A stretch of 64,000 bases of DNA from Leptogorgia sarmentosa (lineage: Eukaryota). The translations under genes and the position numbers were made by a program. Of the stretch, positions 1 to 13,153 are shown in pieces (the first letter of the stretch is position 1; each line of letters starts with the position of its first letter). A model generated the notes under the pieces. The model saw nothing but the letters and a program-made list of their open reading frames with translations, did no database searches and had not been told where the DNA came from. Location of the stretch: contig OZ210885.1 of the NCBI GenBank assembly GCA_964658305.1, forward strand, positions 16,120,001-16,184,000, given 5' to 3'.

Positions 1-591
1 ACTTTGGATTTGCCAACCAGTTTTTTTGGCAAGAGAAACACAGACGTGGTCTGGTTCCACTTCACAAGGTCCTCCTGACTAAATGCAGCTGGGGCAGACA
101 TACTGCCAAAACAGGTAATACCCAAGTGACAAAAAATTGAGCCTTAAAAAGTACTACAAATTAAGACCCACACACACTAAGGATCAATAACTAAGTGGAA
201 AGAAAGGTCCTTTAAAGAAAAAGAGCCAGGGAACGGATATGTTGGCCCACCGACCTCAATCTGCAACACCGAAAGCAAAAAAGAACCTAAAAGGCCGCCG
301 ACCTTTGAGTTGTCCCCAAACAGACTCCTCAACAGGTCACACACAAGAAGAGATAGTACCCACTACCTAATAAAAACAATAAAAACACTGTAATGGGCGG
401 CCCTATGCTGTGTCGCGTGCTAATCGCGCAACAAACAGCAGGAAAGACTACCTATCGAGTTCCGAAGAACAAGAAAAGCAGTCCAAAAGAAAAAGAATGG
501 ACAAACTGCTACCTTGACCCCTATCCAAGTAGGCCGGCCAGACAGCGGGAAGACAAAACAAAGAAGGTGTGTCTGCAAAAAGAACTGCAGC

Positions 592-778
592 TAATAACAC
601 TTTACCTCGTATTTTTTGGTCCCTATACTTGGCTTAATAAATTGAAATAAGGATAAACGACTTAACAAAACCAGTCAAACTACGTGCAAAAAATATACTG
701 AGCACATGGAATACGAATTGCCAACATCCAGGCACTTTTTGCATAAATTTACATAATTATGCGTCTCGATCCTATATA
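592..778 (-). repeat. 3' LTR of the BEL/Pao element (truncated)
   Basis: Near-identical to 7043-7227. Preceded on the minus strand by a purine-rich PPT-like TGGGGGCTGG (779-788). Confidence 0.85.
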
Positions 779-1017
779 CCAGCCCCCAACGACGTTCTAT
801 ACCTGTCGTTCCAAAATCAACAAATTAAGGATCAAGTACCATATAACAATTTTTGAATTCTTGAATTCTTGCGCAAGTTTCTTCAACAACAGTTTCCACT
901 ATAAGCCTTCCTTCATTAGTCTAATCACCAAGCTTGTCTGACGAATACGAACAACTTGAACTGAACAGGTTCCGTAAATCTCTAAATGTAACTTCAACAG
1001 CAAAATGTTAACAGGCT

Positions 1018-4000
1018 TTAAGTCAAACCAATTTTGTTTGATTCTGACTTCTCTAACAAACACAACTTCCTGATGTCACGAGGATATCTGCTTTGGTTTG
1101 CTGTGCAGATAACGACTTGTCGAACGTGTCCTTTAACGTCAGGAAATGTTTCTTTGACTACCGCAAGAGGCCACTGGCCATGCGGTGAGTCCTCCTTGAC
1201 CATTAGAACGAGGTCGCCTTCAGTTAAATTTCTTTTTGGGGTTAACCATTTTTGTCTTTCTTGCAGACTCGGGAGGTATTCCCTCAACCAACGTGACCAA
1301 AACTCGTCTGCCAATTTCTCTGTTTGCTTCCACCTTTCACGGGGATGGACAGATGGCGAATTGTCGGCTGAACTACACTGGTTGCGATAACCGAGTAATA
1401 GCATGTTAGGTGTTAGGACGGACAGGTCGCGAGGGTCGTCGGATTGGCGAGTGAGCGGGCGGTCATTGATCATTTTTTCGACTTCGCACATGACAGTCAG
1501 GAGGGTTTCATCGTCGACAATACGCCTTTTCTCTCAAACGATCGAGAATCTTGGTCTGATTCCAATTCCGTAGCATGATTTTGATTTCGTTCTCTGCTCC
1601 GCGAAAGTTCGTACCATTATCGCTGAATAAATTCTTGGGCGGACTGTTAAAGTATGCTCTATCATATTCTGTAAAGTAAGTGATGAAAACATAAATGACA
1701 AACAAGAATATTATTCCCATAGATATTAGTTCCATAGATTCCATACATATATATATAGTGTAACAATGAAATGAATGTATCCAACGATAAACCGTATATG
1801 GTAATGAATGTAAAATGTAACTTTATATATCCCAAAATATATTAGCATGTAATCTCATATATATAGACGTAGTTTGTTATGTAAAAGATCAGAGTGAAAT
1901 AAAACTGTAAAACACTAAACGTTGTTGTGTTGCAGTGGTTAGGTTGTGTTTAGTCATAAGGGTGGCAAATGGCTGCCCACCAAAACCCAACACGGACCAC
2001 GTCTGCTTACAAATCAGCACACTGCTTGGATGAACGAATCCGTAGACAGGTCGTGCGCAATTTCGATATGTACCGCTCTGACGGCCAAACATGTAAAGAC
2101 ACAGCCATAGTGTTTCGTTGTCCCTCTTCTGAATTTAACTTTAATGGGGCCAAAATAGTTGATACCAACGGACGAGAAAGGGCTCTGACCGGGCGTTACT
2201 CTAGCTGCGGAAAGAGCGGACATAATCTGTTCGGCTGGGCGTTGGTTCCGACGCCGACATGACATACACTCATTAATGATGCTTCTTACGGTGCTAGGAC
2301 CCTTCACTATCCAGTATTTCTGTCGGATTGCAGCTAAGGTATGGTTGCTTCCAGCGTGACCTTACTTCTCATGGTAGTGACGTATAATGAGCTTAGTAAC
2401 GTGATGATTTGGTGGTAATATGGCTGGGTGTTTCGACTCTTCAGGTAAAGGGGATTTGTCTAAGCGTCCTCCAACTCTTACAATATCCCTTTGAACAACT
2501 GGAGCCAGCTTCGCGAACCTGTTCTTGCAGGTTTGCTTGTTGATCGACGCATCGCTTTGGGTTAACTTCACGATATCTTCAGTCGCTTCTTCGATTTCGT
2601 CCACTCTTAACGGACCACATGTTACTTAAGATTGTGGATGTTTCCTGCTTCGGAATAGCAAGTATCGCTTAAATCTCAATAACCATGCCACAGCTTTCTG
2701 CAACTTATACAGACAGGAAGGTCGATGCACAAGTTGTTGAATGGAGTCCGGGATCTTGACTTCTTTGGTACTGACAGCGTTGACGTTCGCTTTACTTCTT
2801 TTAACCTCCTTGTCTGACTCTTCTACCTCGGGCAGGTCGTTTGGTTGCTCTGGCCACATACTATATTCTTGCCAAAGGAAATCAGGACCGTTAAACCAAA
2901 TTCCCTGATTTTTCTCATCCTGTGACTTCCCCTTTAAGTCGATGCCTCGAGACGCTAGATCTGCCGGATTCAATTTTGTCGGTATGTGGCGCCATTGGTG
3001 CGGTGACGTAGCATAGTGGATTACTTGGAGCCTATTCGCCACAAAGGAACCTCTTTGTAGTACTTCGGATGTAACGCAATACTATGGTAGAATTAGTCCA
3101 AAAGACAACACGACTGATCGCGAGGTCTAGCTCTTCGCGGATCTGCTTATCGACTTTCACGGCCAACGTTGCGGCGGTAAGCTCGAGTCTTGGAACTGTA
3201 ACTGTTTTGAGGGGAGCCACCCTTGACCTTCCCATGATCAAGGTGCATTGAACTCTACCACTGACATCCTCTAAGCGGAGATACGACGCTGTCCCATATC
3301 CATCCGTCGAGGCGTCTGTGAAGTGGTGAAGTTCTGCGCTTCTCAGATCTTTGAATCCTGGGGGCTTGTAACACCTTGGAATTTCTGTTGCTGCAATCGA
3401 ATGAAATTCGTTCTGCCACAACTGCAATTTCAAACAATCATCCACGTAAAAGTTTCGTCTCATGGTCTCCAAAACGCTTCCATGGAAATCATCCTTGTTA
3501 TCTTCGGCCGTCCTCTTTAACGCGTAGGAGCAGCAACTGGGCGACGACGTCGCACCGAACAGGTGAACAGTCATTTGATACTCGACTGGACACAGCGCAA
3601 GATCTCCCTCTGGCCACCAAAGAAATCGTAGCGAATTGCGATCTTCCGGCTTTACGTTTACTTGGTGGAACATCTTCTCTATATCGGCTGTCAAGGCTAC
3701 TTCATTCTGACGAAAACGTAAGAGTACGCCAACTAACGAATTTGTAAAGTCAGGTCCTTGAAGTAGCTGTTCATTTAAGGATGTGTTTCAGTATTTTGCC
3801 GCGCAGTCGAAGACAACTCTCATCTTCTCAGGTTTTTGAGGGTGGGTGACGGGGTGATGCGGCAGGTACCAGATCGGCATTCCAGGCGGCGACTCTTCAG
3901 CAACGCTTTCAGTTTGCGGTGTAACTCTCCTAGCATGTCCCTTCGAGATGTATTTGCCCATGGTTGCCTTGTACTTCGCATGGAGAACTGCATCTCTTTC

Positions 4001-6621
4001 CAGCCTTTTCTTCAGATAACTCCGCCTCTTTTCCGCCAGAGACTTATTATTTGGCAGGGACGGTTGGTCGTATTTCCACGGGAGCCCCATTTCATAATGC
4101 CCATTCTCCAACCTAACGGATTCATCCATAATAGACTTTGCGCGTCGATCTTCCACAGAGAAACATTCCTTTGTATCAACAAGTGACTCGCTGAACTTGT
4201 TATTGTACAGACGTCGCAACTGTTCCTGAATCGAACTTATGCCTTCTACATCCTCTTTACACCCGAGAGCCTGATCGACATGGATGAAATTCATTTGTGC
4301 TTGGTCGTAACACCTTCCTCTTAGTGGTCCCATCACCGTCCAACCAAAGATAGTCTTAATCGCACGAGGTTGGTTCTTCTTACCAGCCCGGACTTCAAGC
4401 GGACAAAGGGCTTCGGGAACGTCGGTTGCAATGAGAATCGTGACCCTCTTGTCTCCAAGTTCGGCGAGGTCGATGCCCCGAGATGTGGCCACTGCAGAAT
4501 ATCCGCTTGGATAGGGATACTTTCTGGTGCAACAGGAAGACTGTCCGAAGTCCATACTCTATCCAGCCTAACGCCTTTACCGGTTGCTACTCCAACTACG
4601 TCCAGTGACAGTTCTTTACCCCTTACGTTCTCTTTCCCAGACACCGTTGACAGCGTAAATTCCACAGTTTTGCAATCAGCGCCAAGTCTTCTGCTAAGCT
4701 AGACAAACACATTGTAGTATTCGATCCGCTGTCCAAGAATGCGTATGTTTCAATTACACGGCCACCGTAAGGTGCGCTAACTTTCACAGGTACAACTTGC
4801 AATCCAACTCGACTGCTTCGAAATGACGAATGTGTCACACCTACGCCAGATACTGGAGGTCCATCCGGTTGATTTTCTTCAGCAGAGGATCGTTCACTTG
4901 ACACAGGCTGCTTTGTCTGTTCTGCGGCAGAGGGATTGTGCTCATTAGTACTTTTGGTTTCCGATGAGTGCAACAAGGGATGGTGTCGCCTTGGGCAACC
5001 TTCAACTCCGCACATCCGGGCCCCTCGACAGTCCTTAACGAAGTGACCTGGGCTCAAGCAGGCATGGCAAACTTTCTTTGACTTCACTAAGTCCCGTCTC
5101 TGCTGCAGATTTTGGGCTCTAAACTTATGGCAACGTTCCAAGTGATGCGTTCCCTTGCATAGAACACATGACAAGCCTTTTCCCAACAAACTGCGGTCAC
5201 CTTCATCAGTATTCCGACCGTAAGTCGCCATGCTCGTGCTACTTCCATGAAGAGGGGTCTGTCCCTTCTCCACTTTCTCCTGAGAATCTCTTCTCGCTTC
5301 TGATTTTGAAGAAACCATCTGGCCAAAATAGGTGTTTGCGACAGCTGCTCGGGAATTTACAAACTCAAACAAGTGTGAGAAACTTGTTGTGACATGATTG
5401 TCATACAATTGACTTGCTTTCTCTGCCCATTTAGCTCTCAGGTGCATGGGTAAACGGCTGACGACTTTGCCAAGGGTGTCAATTGCGTTGATGTTGGCCC
5501 CACTACCTAACTGTGTGGAACCCAGAAGACAAGTCTCCATATCTCTTGCGAGCTGCGACAACGTTTCCGGTTCGGTGACCTTAATGGGTGGGCCGTTGAC
5601 CACTTTATCCAAAAACGCTTGTGTTACAACGTGGTTCCTTCCAAAGTTCCTTTTCAGAATTTCCTTCGCGCGTTGGTAGCCTTCATTGGGCGGCATGATG
5701 ATACAGTGTTCCATTGCCTGTCGTGCGGTACCCTTGCAATATTGGATAAGATAATTTAACCGCTCCGCATCGTTGTCTTCTTTAGTTTCAACATTTATCT
5801 CGAAATTTCTTATGAACAGTGGAAAGTCAAGTGGGTTACCATAGAAACTCATATACTCGCGTTGCGGCATTCGCAGGCCTTTTACGACTTCATCCATGCT
5901 GCAGTTGAAAGGAGTCACTGTGCATTGTGTTCTGCTCAGCTATATCACTGACGGTTACATTCTGAGGTGGCTGACCACTGGATCTGGTAACACAATCATT
6001 TCTACTTTCCGGGACACGATCTTCGGGCTCGGTTCTGTTACCATACATTTGTTGTAATTGATGTAGTTCGGCTTGCTGTTGTTCAATCTGTCGTCGCTTT
6101 GACAATATCTCCTGTTCCATTTTGGCACGGTTCATTTCAGCTTCTAGTTTGAGTTTAGCTTCTTGCATTTGCTTATCTAACGCTTGTCTTCGTCTAACTT
6201 CCAATTCTTCTAACTCGCGCCACCTTTCTGCCCACATCGAATTAAACGATGTTGAAGCGCCAGCCCCATTGATGCCATGCACTGCATCGGAATTGCACGT
6301 GTTTTCCACGTGCGTCTGCCTACTTGTGTTTTTATCGTGGGAATCTTGCGTGATGTCACCTTGCGTGGGCTCCGCGTGACTAATGTTTTGCTGCATGTTC
6401 TCATTTCGAATGTTGTCTAATTTCGACTCAAATATCGGAGCTAAATGCGATAAAGTTGTATTTCCCTTTGAATAGGAAGCTACCTGACGGAGACCCGCCT
6501 CGAGTTGTTGTTGCTCTTGCCTGTGTTCGCTTTGCTTTGGCGTAGAATTCGCCGTAACAATGTCAGGAATGACGGATTGCGACCCCACGCTTTCGGCTCG
6601 TTCGCTGTTGTTATCTTCCAC
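1018..6621 (-). pseudogene. BEL/Pao gag-pol, fragmented
   Basis: ORF pieces 5890-6621, 4623-5918, 3788-4555, 3032-3694, 2626-3042, 2362-2604, 2014-2307 and 1018-1491 carry the successive domains. YVDD is joined almost directly to the pre-RNase H region, indicating an internal deletion. Confidence 0.9.
1645..1992. mobile_element. Solo LTR inserted in the BEL integrase
   Basis: TGTT...AACA termini and a perfect 5-bp TSD, CGGAC (1640-1644 and 1993-1997). Removal rejoins ..FVSRRGP|PKNLFSDNGTNF. Confidence 0.9.
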
Positions 6622-6989
6622 TGAAACGAACGGGCTTTGTGGCTCTTCGAGTTTACTTCGCTTGCCTGTTCTTTCTCGGGCTCGCCTTGAACACTTAGTG
6701 AAGTAGAAGCGCTGGGTTGCGAATTTTTATTCGGTGAGGGCGACAGTTTGTGCTTCGACCGACTTGTCTTCTTGTTCCGACGGTTCATATCATAGGAGTA
6801 TAATAGGTCAACCAAATGACATCAATCCACAAGCAAAAAATACGAGAACTATATAAGCTCCAAAATAAACCCCAGCTTATGTTGTCGACCTACTACGAGA
6901 CACACATACCCAATACCGTTTAATATTGTTTTATTTAATACACGGCTATATACAGCAATGGATTGTATGGTTCTAAAATAAATAATTAT

Positions 6990-7230
6990 TGTTCAGTCCG
7001 AATCGTTATATTCCTTTGAACAAGCAATACACCAATAGACTATAATAACACTTTACCTCGTATTTTTTGGTCCCTATACTTGGCTTAATAAATTGAAATA
7101 AGGATAAACGACTTAATAAAACCAGTCAAACTACATGCAAAAAATATACCGAGTACATGGAATACGAATTGCCAACATCCGGGAACTTTTTGCATAAATT
7201 TACATAATTATGCGTCTCGATCCTATAACA
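6990..7230 (-). repeat. 5' LTR of the BEL/Pao element
   Basis: On the minus strand it begins TGTTATAGG and ends GGACTGAACA (TG..CA). Its right ~185 bp match 592-778. The inner boundary is inferred from the TG..CA rule. Confidence 0.75.
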
Positions 7231-7500
7231 TTATTGCTAAAATTTACGACTTATAAGTTTGTTGTTATTTCGATGCACATTATTGGGTTTACCCTGAACT
7301 CCAGGAAAACCCCTAAACAACAGTTCTATCCAATTAACGCATATTTTATATAATTGCATGGCGATTTCTCAGTCCTATGATCTCAGTTCTTTTTGTGTTT
7401 ATATGCGCGATATTTATACTCCCACCATAAAAGCAATATGCAGAAGTATTGAGTTATGAAAAACTGTTTTTAAGACTGAAAGAGGGATAAGTCAATCTAC

Positions 7501-8036
7501 CTTTTGCATATATTTTGGAAAACATTTAAACCGAGTTGGTATAGCGTCGTGTTTAAGCTTTGTCATTTTTCCATTTCTATCGAAACAACTCTCAGTAAAG
7601 TGGTTGGAACAAATGCGGCTGCAGCTGCTGGGAAGCCAATCTTTTCTTCGGAGTTTTTCGATCCATACCTTCTTCCTGCTGGTGTCGACTGGAAACCTTA
7701 GTGATAAAATAGATTATATTTTGACAACAATCAAAAATCGTAAATGTATTAATAAATATTGACATGTAGAACGTTCACTTTTCAATTTTTTTCACCGATT
7801 TCTACTCGATAATTCATATCTTTAAATAGAAATCTAATTTACATAAAAGCCGATGAACTGGAAAGTTCTAATAGTAGCGTCGTGAACGTTTCATACCTGT
7901 GAAACTTACAAGCATGTTGCCTTTTTGCTGCAGTTTCTTTGTCAGATGTGCCTTCGCTATCACTTCGCAAATGAATTTTATTCTTCATTCTCTTGTTGCA
8001 CCCAAATGCACAACGCTGCATACCCGCTCTACCCAT
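7501..8036 (-). pseudogene. THAP-domain gene fragment (2 exons: 8036-7897 and 7696-7501), probably from a DNA transposon
   Basis: The spliced product reads CAFGC...FHR|FPVD..W..KL....W.PSSCSRICSNHF...AIPTRF, matching the C2CH THAP consensus. The intron is GT..AG and in phase. Confidence 0.8.
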
Positions 8037-8099
8037 TTCTTGCAGTAATTATCGCAATTTATAACTTTTACCAAACTTTCTGAATCGCAGACGAAAACG

Positions 8100-8556
8100 T
8101 ATGGAACGCCAAAACTGCCTTAAGTAAAGAGTATATTATTTGTTGGGTATGTATGTTATATATATTCGGTGAATTTCACGATACGTTCAGTCATATTGCA
8201 ATTATGATCGGTGTTTACACCGCATTGTGCGGTAGAAATGACGTGCTGTTCGGTAGATGCGACATGTACCTCGGGTAGTTTTGGTGCACTGTAATGTGCT
8301 TTTGGCATTCACATGGGTCTTACATGCACTTTTGGATGTGCTTTTGTAGCTCTTTGCGGTACATCTCTCACCTTAATGATGTGCTTTTATCGTTCGGTAG
8401 AAATATTGTTGTGCGCGGTAGTTTTATTATATCGTGATGTGCGTTGTTTGCACAGTTCGTTCGGTAGATAAACCACTTCGTTCGGTGGATAGAACGTCGT
8501 TCGGTAGTAGACAATTCGCCAACGGTTCGGCCATCTCCGGAATCCTATCGGAAGAA
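8100..8556 (+). repeat. Left terminal inverted repeat of the IS3EU-type element
   Basis: Reverse complement of 13281-13737. Contains several TTCGGTRGA-like motifs. Confidence 0.97.
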
Positions 8557-8584
8557 GCGTTGGGAATTTGGATAGGAAGACAAA

Positions 8585-9955
8585 ATGGCGTCGTTTGGTG
8601 AAGACACAATGCATGTAATTTTAAAGAAAATGAACTTGGAAAACCTTTACAACAGCTTTAAGCTAGAGAAAATCACTCCAGACATTGTCTCATGTTTGTC
8701 GTCAGTAGAGCTGAGAAGCTTAGGAGTTTCTGACTGTAGACAAATGATGGCTTTACGAATGGAATGCAACAAATATCGGTGTGAGTGGCAATGTCGCAAA
8801 GTAGTTCAAAAAGTTGGAGCTCCAGTGTTTGACATTCCTAAGGACTTGCTGGAAAGTCTTTTGGATGAAGATTTCACTATTAAAGAAATTTCGTTGATGC
8901 TATCTGTTTCAGAAAGAACAATATACAGACGAATGGACACATTTGGATTGAGCAAGCGCTCATTTACTGATATTTCAGATAACGACCTCGACCAGCGTGT
9001 ACGAGAGTTTACTCGGCAATTCCCCTTTTGCGGAGAAAACATGCTTAGACATTTATTGTCACAAAGCAACACTTACGTTCAAAGAATGCGTTTAAGGGAC
9101 AGCATTTATAGAGTGGATCAGGCTGATGTAGATCAACGGAGAAGAAACACGTTACACCGCCGTGTTTACAATGTCAGAGGGCCAAATGAATTGTGGCATA
9201 TAGATACTAATCATAAATTAGTTCGCTGGCACTTTGTTGTGTTTGGTGCAATTGATGGTTACAGTCGTTTGCCAACAGTTTTAAGATGTGATGATAATAA
9301 TAAAGCAGAAACTCTGTTAAACTCATTTAAAACAGCAGTTGAGAAATTTGGCCTTCCTAACCGTGTACGCTCTGATAAAGGACTTGAGAACGTTTATATA
9401 GCAGATTACATGCTGGCTATGAGAGGTGCAAATAGAGGAAGTATGATAACAGGACCGAGCACCCATAATCAACGCATCGAGCGTTTATGGAGAGATGTAT
9501 TTAATGGGGTTTTATCATATTATTATAAATTGTTTTACCATATGGAAGATGAGGGACTTTTAGACCCACTTGACGACGTGTGTATTGCAGCCCTCCATTA
9601 TGTGTTCCTTGAAAAAGTCAATTGGCAGCTGGAGCTGTGGAGAAGTGCTTGGTCTCACCATCGGATGCGCACCACTAGAAGCTCACCACTTAGGCTTTGG
9701 TTGCAGGGACAAATGCATAATCCAGTTGGCTTAAGTATTGCTCCTGAAGATCTGCTACTCTACGGTGTAGAAGGTGCCATTCCAGACAACAAATGTAGAG
9801 GTGGAAGACCCATTATAACACCACTTGCTCCGATTCTAAGTGATGAGCAACAACATGTACTCTCCACAATAGTGCCACCCGACTGGGCATCAACTAATTT
9901 TGGAATAGACAGATATCTGGAGGCAATTAGTTTCATCAGAAATGTTAATACTTAA
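8585..9955 (+). CDS. DDE transposase (SAM-like N-terminus, HTH region, IS3/integrase-type core), 456 aa
   Basis: Uninterrupted ORF. HTH TIKEISLMLSVSERTIYRR; catalytic motifs WHIDTNHK (D), VRSDKGLEN (D) and HNQRIERLW (E). Confidence 0.92.
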   Translation: MASFGEDTMHVILKKMNLENLYNSFKLEKITPDIVSCLSSVELRSLGVSDCRQMMALRMECNKYRCEWQCRKVVQKVGAPVFDIPKDLLESLLDEDFTIKEISLMLSVSERTIYRRMDTFGLSKRSFTDISDNDLDQRVREFTRQFPFCGENMLRHLLSQSNTYVQRMRLRDSIYRVDQADVDQRRRNTLHRRVYNVRGPNELWHIDTNHKLVRWHFVVFGAIDGYSRLPTVLRCDDNNKAETLLNSFKTAVEKFGLPNRVRSDKGLENVYIADYMLAMRGANRGSMITGPSTHNQRIERLWRDVFNGVLSYYYKLFYHMEDEGLLDPLDDVCIAALHYVFLEKVNWQLELWRSAWSHHRMRTTRSSPLRLWLQGQMHNPVGLSIAPEDLLLYGVEGAIPDNKCRGGRPIITPLAPILSDEQQHVLSTIVPPDWASTNFGIDRYLEAISFIRNVNT

Positions 9956-10372
9956 TAGGTAATGGTATAAACCATATTTTTAATACGATAAACATATACA
10001 TTTTAATGCTGCAATGTTGTTTTAATTTTACTAAAATATTATGTACGTATCATGGCCAAGGTGAATCCAGTGATGTTTGACACCTGAATGTTAATATCAA
10101 ATGATAACTGAATATAAACAATACAATTAACACATTTAACAGTAGAATGCAATAAAATATGTATATATATGTATTCCCCAACTAACAATAATATTAACAC
10201 TAAATTACATGATAGCCTCCATCTTCATCACTACCTCACTTCGTGAATCTGGGTAGAAGGTTCTGATTTCCTAACAATATGGTGCAGAAGAGCTCTTGTG
10301 GTACTGTCTGTGCCAATCTCCACCAAGATTTATAAATACTGAACAGTACTAACATTAATCATAACATAACTG

Positions 10373-13153
10373 TCAACGATGACCAAAATAGCTATTGGAA
10401 AAGGCATGGTCATATAAATTAAAAAGAAATTCTTGTTCAGGTAGAGGTGTTGAATGTGTTGGTCTTGGCAAGCACAACCGATTAATACATGTGTTGGCCA
10501 TTGGGAGAAAAGAAGAACCAGCTGCCACTTCCACGAAATTCAATGATGGATGTAAAGAAAAACCAAGAATAGGTTCCTCATCAGTACCAGTTGTGAACTG
10601 AAGCACTTTATCAAGGGATAAGTTATTGCGTCTCCCACCTGGTTAAAAGGATATAGTATTATGAATTCAATATAGTGTGATTACATGACCTACATACTCA
10701 GTAGCCAGTCAGCTAGTCAGAAATAAGAACCTAGGGGAACTATTCTAGGTACCCTTAGAAAACAGATGTCCTTTTGCTTAAGCCTAGTTCACTAGGCATT
10801 AGTGAAAGGGCATCTGTTTTCTTATGCGGTAGTATTCTGTAGGTAGCTTACTAGCAACTTCTCTTAAGTACTTCAGAAATGCAGCATACACAGCATTCTC
10901 ATATCTTTGGCTATTTGACCCTTCTTCACTGAAGGTTGGTTTCAGTAAGTTCACTAGACTCTTTAGTGAAATTGTGTTTGGTTGTGGAGATTCTAAAAGT
11001 TGCAATAAAGCTGGCAACTCAAGGCCAACCTAAATAAATAAAAAACATTCATTACAATAACAATAGTAGTACATACACTGACCACTGGTCCAAAGCAATA
11101 CAATACTGGGTCACAGTGGACAACTGATTATCAGGTGTTAAGTGAATGATGAGAGTCACTAAGAGTCTAAGTGAAAAAAAAACAAACCTGATAGACACCC
11201 AATTCTTTTAAACCATTTCTCAATGCCATGATACATGGACATTCTTCAGACACTGAAAATATCTTTTGGATAATCTCTTTCCCGAGAAAGGTTGCCAGTT
11301 TCCCATTTTGTAGCATACTCAAGCCTATTTATAGATATAAAAATATTGGGAATGTGTATCTATCCTGTTTTATTAAGATCTAATTTTGTGAATACACACC
11401 TATCATTTTTCCAACAGTGTAGTACTTTTCAGGCAATAATTCTCTTAGACCATTGTCAAATAATTGTTCTTTGATATCCTTTAGCACGAGCCGAAAAAAT
11501 TCCTTTCTTGGCCCACCAAGGTCTTGAGCTCCCTTTAATTCAAGTAATGAACCAATTTAACAAAGCGTAGTAGTCTCCTTGTACCAGACGCTTCACTTTT
11601 TTTAGACAATTAAGGGGAAAATTGTCTTTCGTCTTAATGTCATGACAGCAAGACATATAGGCCAAATGCTGTATAGTGCCTGAATTTAATTTGTCATTTC
11701 AAGCCCAGGGACATGAGTCAGGTACATGAACCCAATGGTCTTTAAATACACTGAATAAGATGGACAGGAGAGATCATGAAAGCAACTGATAGTTTTTCAG
11801 GATATACCCCCCAATGCAATACCTCAATAGCTATATTTACAGATAGTAGCTACATACCTCCCCATAAAATTGGACTTCAAGTGTTAGCCTGGGATTTTCC
11901 AGGCCACCTATTTCATCAAATGCAGTATTCAGGAGATTGTTTCTGTCGACAATTATGAAGTTTGTTGCCCCCTCTTCCACTTGACTAGGATCCTCCACAT
12001 CAAGTGCCCTGCCAATTACAACATTTTTCTGCAGACATCTCAGGATCTCTACTGGGTTAACTACATTGTTTTCCCTGCAATACAACAATGTTTTCCTAAT
12101 AGCCTCCTCAACTTCATTTTCCTGTTGTGTATCAGCATTTGAGTTAAGACTTGACATCTCATTTTGATCTGCAGGCAAGCTGGGAGTTATTGTTTCATTG
12201 TCTGGAATTGTTATAACAGGGGGTTGGGAAATTGTTTGGCTTGATGTTGAGGCATGTAGGCTATTGCTCACTTGTTCATTAGCTGGTACCAGATCATCAT
12301 CAGGAATTGCAAGAGCATCATCTGTCATATAATCATCATCTTCACTAGGTTGCTGTATGGCATTATCTGCACATGTCCACATGTGGGTTCGCAACTCCCG
12401 AAGGTACACCTCCTTGTGGCATATATGGCATTCTTCCTTTATCAAAGATTCTTTTATCTCGTCATGTAAAGGCTTTGTTGACAGCGATTTCTGAATGGGC
12501 CTCAAATAGATTTTGGCTTGGCTGCCACCCATACATGATTTCAGACTTTTGGCCGACCAGTTAACTCCAATCACAGTGAGATTTCTGCAATTAGAATTGC
12601 ACTGCATCATTTCAAACCCTCCACAAGAACGAAGCTTAGGAAACCCAACAACAACACCATCTTCTTCAACATCTGAAATCAATTTCTCTTTAACTTTAAT
12701 TTCATCGTCATCAAGGTCGAGTTTTATCTTTTTTAGACCCAATCCAGCCTTATGGAGAATTTGTCGTTCCGTTGTCGTCGGTACTTTGGTAGTTAAGCGA
12801 TCAGCGAGGCATATGAACTGCACAGTCCACGTTCGTTTGGGAGCATGTTTCTTCCTAAGACAGGACGACCTCGCCGTCCTCGCGGTTACGGAAGACCGCA
12901 AACCGAACAACGTAGAACGCTCTTGTGATGCCGATGAAGAAAAGCTTTGATGTTGGGAATTTCTGGATTCTGCTACCTTTCTTTGACAGGCTGCTCTCAG
13001 CCGCACACGATCTCCAATTGTGTGCACTCCTAGACGAATTAAATCTTGATCTGTTAAAGCTGTTACTGCTTCAGGATCAATCCTTTCATCGTTGAATGCA
13101 TCTACCAGCGTTCCCAGGTTTATTTCCTGCAAGATAATCTCCATATTTCGCAT
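10373..13153 (-). CDS. SAM / Zn-finger / HECT-like E3 ubiquitin ligase (G2E3-like), 5 exons, 669 aa
   Basis: Exons 13153-11858, 11532-11400, 11324-11188, 11029-10852 and 10638-10373. All introns are GT..AG and phase-compatible, with no stops. Motifs: FYGE|GAQDLGGPRKEFF, LQFTTG, LPMANTC (catalytic Cys), SYFG; CHIC..H...C finger; N-terminal SAM. Confidence 0.85.

Larger units (their letters stand above)
592..7230 (-). mobile_element. BEL/Pao LTR retrotransposon, decayed (frameshifts, RT deletion, truncated 3' LTR)
   Basis: Direct repeats at 592-778 and ~7043-7230. Minus-strand fragments occur in BEL order: gag with CCHC knuckles (CVLCKGTHHLERC, CHACLSPGHFVKDC), protease AFLDSGS, RT (YLPHHPV, RVVFDCAA, ADIEKMF, YVDD), RNase H (HHFTDAS, VPRLEL), integrase (CMSC, SDNGTNF) and the C-terminal FWSRWLREYL domain. 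Confidence 0.95.

Noticed and set aside
1..591. Possible 5' UTR and ORF1 start of another LINE (minus-strand ATG near 101)
   Set aside because: No diagnostic motif is visible within the window.
8387..8614. Short ORFs mirrored at 8387-8614 and 13250-13450
   Set aside because: They are a by-product of the inverted repeats and show no protein features.
8585..9955. Bacterial IS3 element or contamination
   Set aside because: The partner gene has spliceosomal introns, the TIRs are 457 bp, and the TSD sits in eukaryotic flanks.
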